Below, in pieces: positions 56,729 through 64,000 of a stretch of DNA of 64,000 nucleotides. This DNA comes from Candidatus Caccovivens sp. Lineage in GTDB: Bacteria > Bacillota > Clostridia > Christensenellales > UBA1242. The position numbers were made by a program, and so were the translations under genes. The stretch is from assembly GCA_051888935.1 (NCBI GenBank), contig JBJFCL010000007.1, positions 9,124-73,123 of the forward strand. The letters are read 5' to 3'. Below the pieces are notes generated by a model. The model saw only the letters and a program-made list of their open reading frames with translations. It did no database searches and was not told the origin of the DNA. Positions within the stretch are counted from its first letter, which is position 1, and each line of letters opens with the position of its first letter.

Positions 56729-57836
56729 AACCTTCAATTTCAACTTCTTTCTTTTGGGAGTCAGAATTTTGAACACTCTTTTTCTTCTTTCTTGGTCTAT
56801 AAGCAATCGCCCAAAGTCCAGGAGTGAGAAAACATGAAGAATAGAAGCCTGCAAGTATACCAATCATAATTGGGAAAGCAAATTCTCTTATGTCTGCCAC
56901 GCCAATAACTGTAATCATGAAAATCATAATAAACGTGGTCAATGTTGTCAAAATTGAACGAAGCATTGTGCCTCTAACAGCAGAATTTGCAATTTGTGCA
57001 TTATCAATCTTTTGTCCAGCATTTCGAGCAACTTTAAGACCATCTCTCATTCTGTCAAAGATAATGATTGTGTTGTTGATTGAGTACCCCAAAATCGTGA
57101 TGAGTGCTGCGATAAATGCCACATTGATTTGAATTCTGCAAATAAGCACCACAGAAGCGGTCACCAAAATGTCATGGAAAAGTGCCAAAATTGCCGCAAG
57201 ACCGCTTGTAAGTTCAAATCTAAAAGCAACATAAATCAAAATCAACACAACTGCCACCAAAAGTGCGATAAATGATTTCATCATAAGTTCCGCACTTGCA
57301 CTTGCTGTTGTCACGCCACCATTTGTGACGAGTCCAGCATTTTGCAAAGTGGAAAGGTCATCAAGTTCTGCGTTTTGGTCAATGTAACCAAATGCTTTCA
57401 AAAGTTCAAATCGAATATTTTCATTTACTTTTTCAATTTCAGAAGTTTCAAGCGAATTGTCATTTTGATATTTGACAATAACTGCACTTCCACCTTCGAT
57501 GCTAAGTTCGTCCACGTCAACAGTGGTGTCTTGCATTGTGGTGATTTTAAGTTCATATCCATTCAAAACTTCTTGAATTTTCTTTTCAATTTCATTTCTA
57601 TCTTTGGAAAGGTCATATTGCGTTCCGTATGTTCCATCTTTGTCGATAAAGACTGTCATGTTTGAACCACCAGTGAAGTCAATTCCAAGATTGAAACCAA
57701 TTGTGCACAAGAGCACCACACCCACCAAAACAATGAGGATTGGAGCAATCAAAAACCATTTAAGATTTTTGCAGAAGTCAAATTTTGAGTTTTCAATTTT
57801 TTCATCAATTGAAAATTTCTTTTTTGTCTTATTCAT
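56727..57836 (-). CDS. secF: Protein translocase subunit SecF
   Basis: LGIDFTGGS motif, 6 TM. 8-nt overlap with secD. Confidence 0.85.
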   Translation of the reverse strand: MNKTKKKFSIDEKIENSKFDFCKNLKWFLIAPILIVLVGVVLLCTIGFNLGIDFTGGSNMTVFIDKDGTYGTQYDLSKDRNEIEKKIQEVLNGYELKITTMQDTTVDVDELSIEGGSAVIVKYQNDNSLETSEIEKVNENIRFELLKAFGYIDQNAELDDLSTLQNAGLVTNGGVTTASASAELMMKSFIALLVAVVLILIYVAFRFELTSGLAAILALFHDILVTASVVLICRIQINVAFIAALITILGYSINNTIIIFDRMRDGLKVARNAGQKIDNAQIANSAVRGTMLRSILTTLTTFIMIFMITVIGVADIREFAFPIMIGILAGFYSSCFLTPGLWAIAYRPRKKKKSVQNSDSQKKEVEIEG

Positions 57837-59202
57837 TTGCCTGCCCTCCTACCAAGACTGTTTCAGTCTCTTTGTATGCCCTAACTTGCTTTGGCAAATG
57901 GAGTTTTTTTGCCTTGACACTGTTGAGTGGCAAATACCACTTAACCAAGAATCTCAAAACAACAAGGTTCATAAACATTGAAAGCACAATACCAATAAGC
58001 AGAGTGATTGCAAAACCTTGAATGGACGCTGTACCCAAAATGTAGAGCACAATAGCAGTCAAGATTGTTGTGATATTACTGTCAAAAATTGGCCAGAAAG
58101 CACGCTTAAATCCAGTCTTAACTGAAAGTGGAATCTTTTTGCCAGAGCGATATTCTTCTCTAAAACGCTCAAAGATAATGACCGTTCCGTCAACAGCCAT
58201 TCCGATACTCAATATAATTCCTGCAAGACCTGGCAAAGTGAGTTGAACAAATGAAATTGCCTGCAAGAAGAAGAGCATCAAAACCATATAAATCACAAGA
58301 GCAAGTGAAGCCAAAAGACCGAAATCTCCATATCTCCACCACAAAACTGCCATGATAAGCAAAAGTCCAACAAAACCGCCAATAATGGCAAGTTTAAGGG
58401 CTTGCGTTCCAAGAGTTGCTGAGATGACAGAACTTTCCAAGAGTTCAAGAGAAACATTGAAAGTTCCGCTCATGATTTGAAGAGCATATGCCTTTGCATC
58501 GTCATAACTTTGAAAGTCATCAGAAGAAATAAAAGTTTGTCCACCAGTGATTTTCTGTTCACACTTCAAAGTGAGTGGAGTGACATCATCACTGACTTCT
58601 CCAAGATAAATATAAATCTCTTTGCTTCCATTTGCAGCATCGCCAGTAAGGTTTGCAAATTTCTTTCCGCCTTCGGATGAAAATTTTATGGAAACACCAT
58701 ATTGATATGAAGAATTTGTATCACTTTTTTGATAAGAAACTTGCACATCTTCAATATCTGTTCCACGAATGCTCTTTTCTTCGTCAAATTCACCTTTGTT
58801 CAAAGTCATATAAAGAGGAGTTGGTTCTCCAATAAGTTCAAAAATCTTGTCACTATCAGTCACTGATGGCACTTCAATTCTGATTTTTGTTGCACCTTGT
58901 CTTTGAATGGTTGCCTCAGAATATTCAGCAGTAATCACAGACTCCAATCTCGTTTTTGTTGCCTCAATGGCACTTTCAAGACTTTGAGTGTTGCTGTCTT
59001 TTGCAAGCGAACAATCATAGACAACAGAAATACCACCTGCAAGGTCCAATCCAAGTGAAATGGAATTGGCAAAACCATTGTAGGTGTAGTTTGTAAATGG
59101 AATATCAAAACTGCATACAGAAAGAACAATTCCCAGTATTGTCACAATGACGATTGCAACAAAGTTGACGATTGAGTTCTTTTTTACTCTATTTTTAGCC
59201 AT
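57829..59202 (-). CDS. secD: Protein translocase subunit SecD
   Basis: LGLDLAGGISV motif and a periplasmic-type head domain. SD GAGGGG. Confidence 0.85.
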   Translation of the reverse strand: MAKNRVKKNSIVNFVAIVIVTILGIVLSVCSFDIPFTNYTYNGFANSISLGLDLAGGISVVYDCSLAKDSNTQSLESAIEATKTRLESVITAEYSEATIQRQGATKIRIEVPSVTDSDKIFELIGEPTPLYMTLNKGEFDEEKSIRGTDIEDVQVSYQKSDTNSSYQYGVSIKFSSEGGKKFANLTGDAANGSKEIYIYLGEVSDDVTPLTLKCEQKITGGQTFISSDDFQSYDDAKAYALQIMSGTFNVSLELLESSVISATLGTQALKLAIIGGFVGLLLIMAVLWWRYGDFGLLASLALVIYMVLMLFFLQAISFVQLTLPGLAGIILSIGMAVDGTVIIFERFREEYRSGKKIPLSVKTGFKRAFWPIFDSNITTILTAIVLYILGTASIQGFAITLLIGIVLSMFMNLVVLRFLVKWYLPLNSVKAKKLHLPKQVRAYKETETVLVGGQANE

Positions 59203-59279
59203 CGTTACCCCTCAGTCAAAATTAGGCTCAATTACCTTGTAGATTATAAATCATTTAGGGGCAGATGTCAACTAAAAGC

Positions 59280-59675
59280 CTAACTTTTTTTCAAATTAAC
59301 GCAAATGATACCACAAATTCCGCCAATAACGCTTCCAAAAATTATGTCGTTGATAAAAGTACGGTCAAAGCAGAACGCCCCATCAAGGAGTGAAAACACC
59401 AAAAAAGCCACGATAGTGAATAAAAACCCAATTAAAAATCCATTCAAAAGTCCCATTTCTCTATGCTTTTTGAGTGAGACAAAAACGCCAAAGAAGATGG
59501 AAACGCCCTTGATGACTTGATTGACTGGTGCAATAATTTTGTCAGAAACATTTGTGAAACGCAAAATAAAGGCGAAAAGCAAAATGCCGACCATTGCCAC
59601 GCAAAGACCAACAAGCACACCTTTTAAGACACACAAAAACATACCATTTGCACTTTTTGATGCTTTCAATTTCAT
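59280..59675 (-). CDS. Small 4-TM membrane protein (TIGR04086/YrzE-like?)
   Basis: 131 aa with four Gly-rich hydrophobic helices. Family recalled from memory only. Confidence 0.5.
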   Translation of the reverse strand: MKLKASKSANGMFLCVLKGVLVGLCVAMVGILLFAFILRFTNVSDKIIAPVNQVIKGVSIFFGVFVSLKKHREMGLLNGFLIGFLFTIVAFLVFSLLDGAFCFDRTFINDIIFGSVIGGICGIICVNLKKS

Positions 59676-59781
59676 TATTGCCTCCCCGCTTGCGATTTAA
59701 ACGCAATATACTAAAATCTATGCGGACAAGGCGGTGTTTTAGAACATTTTTAAAAATATCAATCTTTAAAAAAAAGAAGAC

Positions 59782-60273
59782 TTATTTGTCTTCTTCATTT
59801 TTTTCAATTGATGCAGTGACTTCTGCCACCTGTGCTTCAATTGTGTCTTTCTTTCTGTTTTTCTTTGCTTCTTTTCTTGCTTGTTGTTCTTCGAGAGCAC
59901 GCTTTTCTGCCTCAGCCTTTGCCTCTGCTTCTCTTTTGAGTTCTGCTTCACTCTTAAAAACAGTGTAAATTGCGTAAGCGTCCACACTCAAATAACTTTT
60001 GTTTCTTTCACCAGTTTCAAGCACAACCAACTTCTTTGTGTCGTCAAATTTGAGTTCCACAATCGTTCCATACACACCACTTGTGGTCAAAACTTTGTCG
60101 CCAACTTTGAGCGAATTTGTTTGTTCTTGAACCTTTTGAGTTTCTCTTTTGTTGCGAGCGTTCATCATGATTGGCATACCAATCAAAAGGAGTGCCACAA
60201 CTGCAATCAGCACATAATACAACACATTATTTGCCCCAGTTTGTGCTGTTTCTTCAAGCAACATACTTATCAT
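59782..60273 (-). CDS. yajC: Preprotein translocase subunit YajC with a Lys/Glu/Ala-rich C-terminal extension
   Basis: TM plus the VGDKVLTTSGVYGTIVE core, then about 60 extra charged residues. Confidence 0.75.
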   Translation of the reverse strand: MISMLLEETAQTGANNVLYYVLIAVVALLLIGMPIMMNARNKRETQKVQEQTNSLKVGDKVLTTSGVYGTIVELKFDDTKKLVVLETGERNKSYLSVDAYAIYTVFKSEAELKREAEAKAEAEKRALEEQQARKEAKKNRKKDTIEAQVAEVTASIEKNEEDK

Positions 60274-60305
60274 TTATTCTTTCTCCTTTCAAAGTAACTT
60301 GTTTT

Positions 60306-60380
60306 TTATTTGAAATAGAATCCCATAAGTAGCACCAAAAATATGACACAAAACGGAATTATAAGTTCATTTATACCCAT
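60306..60380 (-). CDS. Candidate 24-aa hydrophobic micro-protein
   Basis: AAGGAG SD lies 8 nt before the ATG. Translation MGINELIIPFCVIFLVLLMGFYFK has one TM. Ends 32 nt upstream of the yajC start. Confidence 0.35.
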   Translation of the reverse strand: MGINELIIPFCVIFLVLLMGFYFK

Positions 60381-60456
60381 AAAAGTTACTCCTTTTAATA
60401 CTACCATAAAAGGATACCATAATCAAAACGATTTTTCAAGATAAAAGTCGAAAATA

Positions 60457-62193
60457 TTAGATTTTTTTGGTTTTCACTTCTTCTTTAAGTCTTTCAATAA
60501 AGTCACAAAGTTTTAGACCGCTCTTGTTTTCGAATCCGCGTCCACGAATGGAAATTGTTCCGTTCTTTTCTTCCTCGTCTCCAACAATCACAAGATAAGG
60601 GATTTTCATTGAACTTGCTTCTCTAATTTTGTAACCCACTTTTTCGTTGCGGTCGTCGACTTCCACTCTAAGGCCTTCTGCTTTGAGTTTGTCTGCAATT
60701 TCGTGAGCGTAGTTGTTGTTTCTTTCGGTCAATGTAAGCACTTTTACTTGCATTGGAGCAAGCCAAAGTGGAAATGCTCCTGCAAAGTGTTCAATCAAAA
60801 TACCAAAGAATCTTTCAAGTGAGCCATAGCAAACTCTGTGAATCATGATTGGTCTGTGTTTTTCACCGTCCTCACCAGTGTATTCAAGTTCAAAACGCTG
60901 TGGAAGTTGGAAATCGAGTTGGATTGTCCCACACTGCCAAGTTCTTCCAATAGCGTCTGTCAAATGGAAGTCAATTTTTGGTCCATAGAAGGCGCCATCA
61001 CCTTCGTTTACAACATAATCAAGTCCCAAATCATCAAGAGCATCTTTGAGAGCATTTGTTGCCATTTCCCAATCTTCATCACTACCCATACTGTTTTCTG
61101 GACGAGTGGAAAGTTCAACATGATAAGGGAAATTGAAAGTTTTGTAAACCTCGTCAATCAACGACACAACATTTTTGATTTCACCTCTAATTTGCTCTGG
61201 TGTCATAAAGATATGAGCGTCATCTTGTGTAAAGCAACGCACTCTCATAAGTCCACCAAGTTCGCCTGACTTTTCGTGACGATGAACGAGTCCCAATTCT
61301 CCCAAACGCAGAGGCAAATCTCTGTATGAATGTGGACTGTTTTTGTAAACCAAAATACCTCCTGGACAGTTCATAGGTTTTACAGCAAAATCCACATCAT
61401 CAATCTTTGTTGTGTACATATTCTCTTTGTAGTGGTCCCAGTGACCAGAAGTTTCCCAAAGATGACGAGAGAGCATAACAGGCGTGGAAATTTCGTCATA
61501 ACCCGCCTTGCGATGAAGTTCATGCCAATAATCAATCAAAAGGTTTTTGACAATCATTCCGTTTGGCAAATAGAACGGAAAGCCCGGACCTTCTGGTGAA
61601 AGCATAAAGAGTTTCAACTCTTTCCCAAGTTTGCGGTTGTCACGCTTCTTTGCTTCTTCCAACATATTGATGTGTTCTGCAAGTTGTTTCTTGTCAGCAA
61701 ACGCCCAAACATACACACGTTGAAGCATCTTGTTTTTTTCATTTCCTCTCCAATATGCACCATTTACCGAGTGAATTTTGAAAGCATAATTTTGCAAATT
61801 TCTGCTACTTTCAACATGAGGGCCACTGCACAAATCAAAGAAATCGTCCCCAGTGTAGTAAATTGAAATAACTTCGTTCTCTGGCAATTCATTGATGATT
61901 TCTGTTTTGTAAGGATTGTTTGCAAAAAGTTTGAGTGCCTCTTGTTTTGACACTTCTTTTCTGACAAAGTTTTCCCCCTTGTTTATGATTTCCTTCATCT
62001 TCTTTTCAATTGCATCAAAATGGTCTGGTGTCAACTGCTCGTCAAGGTCAACATCATAATAAAAACCATCATCTATTGCAGGTCCAATAGTAAGAAGCGT
62101 GCTTGGATAAAGTTCCATAAGTGCTTTTGCCAAAATGTGAGCAAGGCTGTGTCTTGCCATGTGTAATTTTTCGTCTTTTTCTTTCTTTTCCAT
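60457..62193 (-). CDS. thrS: Threonine--tRNA ligase lacking the N-terminal TGS domain
   Basis: Start set at ATG 62193 (GGAGG SD 5 nt upstream), because the track start 62244 lies inside the T-box terminator. The protein begins at the editing-domain HSLAH motif. Class II catalytic and anticodon-binding domains are present. Confidence 0.9.
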   Translation of the reverse strand: MEKKEKDEKLHMARHSLAHILAKALMELYPSTLLTIGPAIDDGFYYDVDLDEQLTPDHFDAIEKKMKEIINKGENFVRKEVSKQEALKLFANNPYKTEIINELPENEVISIYYTGDDFFDLCSGPHVESSRNLQNYAFKIHSVNGAYWRGNEKNKMLQRVYVWAFADKKQLAEHINMLEEAKKRDNRKLGKELKLFMLSPEGPGFPFYLPNGMIVKNLLIDYWHELHRKAGYDEISTPVMLSRHLWETSGHWDHYKENMYTTKIDDVDFAVKPMNCPGGILVYKNSPHSYRDLPLRLGELGLVHRHEKSGELGGLMRVRCFTQDDAHIFMTPEQIRGEIKNVVSLIDEVYKTFNFPYHVELSTRPENSMGSDEDWEMATNALKDALDDLGLDYVVNEGDGAFYGPKIDFHLTDAIGRTWQCGTIQLDFQLPQRFELEYTGEDGEKHRPIMIHRVCYGSLERFFGILIEHFAGAFPLWLAPMQVKVLTLTERNNNYAHEIADKLKAEGLRVEVDDRNEKVGYKIREASSMKIPYLVIVGDEEEKNGTISIRGRGFENKSGLKLCDFIERLKEEVKTKKI

Positions 62194-62221
62194 AATTTCC
62201 TCCATTACTTGTTTTAAAAAC

Positions 62222-62458
62222 AAAAAATCCTTAAAAACAAGCATAAACTTGAATTTAAGGACGATTTTCTTAACCGCGGTTCCACCTTAATTGCACAAGA
62301 CTATTGTCTGTGCCTCTCTTTGTAGTATTTTTGTTTTCCCCCGCTCCAAAAAGCGGATTTTTAAGTGGTTTCATTTTTGAATTTATCAAGGTTTTTCACC
62401 AACCAACCCTTCTCTGTGCACAAAGTTTCAAAAACTACTTGTCTTAAATTAAATACTT
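62222..62458 (-). promoter_or_regulatory. T-box riboswitch leader (Thr specifier ACC) of thrS
   Basis: Read on the minus strand: AGAGA stem-I element, specifier context GAAACCA (ACC at 62367-62369), T-box AAGGTGGAACCGCGG (62274-62288), and terminator TCCTTAAA...TTTAAGGA plus a T-run (62222-62261). Confidence 0.8.
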
Positions 62459-62464
62459 GCCAAT

Positions 62465-62493
62465 ATTTTAACTCTTTAAAACTATGATGTCAA
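62465..62493 (-). promoter_or_regulatory. Putative sigma-A promoter of the thrS T-box leader
   Basis: Minus strand: TTGACA (62488-62493), 17-nt spacer, TAAAAT (62465-62470). Confidence 0.6.
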
Positions 62494-62499
62494 GCATTT

Positions 62500-63327
62500 T
62501 TAGATTTTATTTAAAGTTTTGTATTCCAAAATCAAATAATATGTTTGATTTTGAGCAAGTTTTATTCCAAATATAATTTTGTAAGTTCCATCTTCATACT
62601 TGATTTGATAGTTGTAATTGCTCCCGTTTATCACTTCTGTACTTTGGGCATTATTGATGTCAGCACGAAGATTAAATGTCATGATTTTGCCATTATAAGT
62701 AAGTTGAACAGATGTTTTTATGTGACGCGCCGTGGTGGAAGAAAGTTCCAAAACTTGATCTATGCCTTGAACAGTGTTTGTCACATTGTCCTTGATTGAC
62801 ACTTCTTCGGCAGTATAAGCCGTCGTCAAATTGGAAGAATTTTCGCCTTGGGAAACTTCAATCGTCCCTGTCATTATGTTTGCTCTGCCATCGTCAAGTT
62901 CTCCATCTGCGTCCGGTGTTGAAGTCATTCTCCAAGAGGTCAGTTTGGTGTACAAAAGTTTGCTTTCATCAAAAACAGCGGTGTATCGACCTTGTGTGCT
63001 TTCGCTCATAACAAAAGTGAGTGTGCTTTTGGTCACTTTTTCAGCACTGTTGGTCTCGTTGACAATTTTGTATGTGTTGTCATCAACAATCTCACGCGAA
63101 TTTTGATAAACCCATGCCACAACACTGCTGTTCTTTATTGTGGACGCCACAGCAGTCAAAGTCACTGTTTCGCCCTCTTTGTATGTCCCATTTCCAGAAA
63201 CAGAACCTGCTTCGCCCCAACTTGGAAAAACTGTGACAGGAAAAGACTCTGCCTCATTACAACCGAATAAAGCAAAAATTGGAACTATAAAAAGTGCAAG
63301 AAGCAAGAGTGAAAATTTTTTCTTCAT
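62500..63327 (-). CDS. Lipoprotein, unknown function
   Basis: Signal peptide with lipobox ALFGC. Beta-rich mature region. Confidence 0.65.
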   Translation of the reverse strand: MKKKFSLLLLALFIVPIFALFGCNEAESFPVTVFPSWGEAGSVSGNGTYKEGETVTLTAVASTIKNSSVVAWVYQNSREIVDDNTYKIVNETNSAEKVTKSTLTFVMSESTQGRYTAVFDESKLLYTKLTSWRMTSTPDADGELDDGRANIMTGTIEVSQGENSSNLTTAYTAEEVSIKDNVTNTVQGIDQVLELSSTTARHIKTSVQLTYNGKIMTFNLRADINNAQSTEVINGSNYNYQIKYEDGTYKIIFGIKLAQNQTYYLILEYKTLNKI

Positions 63328-63448
63328 ATTTATAGATATTCCCTTTATGGCACAATTATCTTAAATTTTTATATAAAAGTCAAACAAATAAACAAAATTT
63401 TGATATTTTTAATTCGCTTGCATACAATACCTCTTGTAAGGAGTTTTT

Positions 63449-64000
63449 ATGTGGGAACTTTCGATTTCGGTCGGCTGTAAAGATTTGGAGGTCGCAAAAT
63501 ATATCTATCAAACTCTCAAAGCACAAAGTGAAAATTATGGTGCTGTTGTGACTTGCTTTGAACAATTTGAAAATATTGTGATTATGTTTGGTTGTCCTGC
63601 TGAGAACCGCTCCCACGCACAAGTGGAAATTGAGAGGTGTATCATCAAAGTCATTTGCAACTTTTTTAAAGAAAAGTATTTGACAGACAATTTGCATTTG
63701 CCTCTTCATGAAAGCATAAGTCTTATGGCATTTAAAAAAGCACTCATCAATTTTGACAAAGAAACAGATTTTTATATCATCAGCAAAAATCTTGACTTAG
63801 AAAAAAATCTACACCTAGATTCTTTTTATTATTTCAAACTCAAACCCCTTCGCGACAAATGGTCAGAACTGATTTCACTTGCCAACGAAAACAGTGACTA
63901 TCTCGTGACAAGCGACGCTTTTTTTGACCTTTTACGCTTTCTGATTGACAACTTGGAAGTTGGCGAAGACGAAATAAATGTGTTTGAAGACGAAAATGGC
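63449..64000 (+). CDS. YtxC-like sporulation-associated protein (partial, runs off window end)
   Basis: Not in the track. AAGGAG SD, ATG 63449, 184 codons open to base 64000 (checked). LDSFYYFKLKPLRDKWSELISLA...DAFFDLLRFLIDN resembles the remembered YtxC family pattern. Confidence 0.45.
   Translation, partial: MWELSISVGCKDLEVAKYIYQTLKAQSENYGAVVTCFEQFENIVIMFGCPAENRSHAQVEIERCIIKVICNFFKEKYLTDNLHLPLHESISLMAFKKALINFDKETDFYIISKNLDLEKNLHLDSFYYFKLKPLRDKWSELISLANENSDYLVTSDAFFDLLRFLIDNLEVGEDEINVFEDENG

Noticed and set aside
59203-59260. CCCCT ... GAGGGG pairing that could sequester the secD SD
   Set aside because: Only 5-6 bp pair, across a loop of about 35 nt. That is too weak to call a regulatory structure without conservation data.
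63380-63709. 109-aa minus-strand ORF from the track
   Set aside because: It overlaps, in antisense, the SD-led plus-strand ORF 63449-64000, which is open to the window edge and has YtxC-like features.

Overview
AT-rich, gene-dense chromosomal segment that looks like a Bacillota (Clostridia-like, probably spore-forming) genome. G+C was not computed. Most of the window is housekeeping, largely on the minus strand: ftsK-like N-terminus, minD-minE, a divergent mreB-like gene, tsaE-tsaB, rnj, greA, gpmI, parE-parC, murG, hpf, clpC-mcsB-mini-mcsA-tex, dinB, secD-secF, yajC, and thrS with a Thr T-box leader. Three accessory blocks interrupt it. (1) 7.8-14.0 kb: a plus-strand tandem family of three paralogous genes. 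Each encodes a conserved, unrecognised ~330-aa head domain with no export signal, fused to 8, 7 or 16 copies of a 22-aa BspA-like leucine-rich repeat. Two of the three are translationally coupled (TAATG) to a paralogous 95-97 aa partner, and each module has its own TTGACA-17-TAxxAT promoter. This is my best candidate for an undescribed system. (2) 18.8-22.7 kb: a 1285-aa type-I membrane protein with four CBM-like modules and a Lys/Glu-rich cytoplasmic tail. (3) 32.9-37.8 kb: a 1630-aa GLUG-motif surface protein. Four items are absent from the ORF track and were found by reading the sequence: a 56-aa 2x[4Fe-4S] ferredoxin, a 48-aa mini-McsA overlapping the tex stop, a 24-aa hydrophobic micro-ORF upstream of yajC, and two edge-truncated ORFs (ftsK-like, ytxC-like). 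I recognised no rRNA, tRNA, CRISPR array, transposase or integrase. All family calls rest on motif recognition by eye, with no database search.
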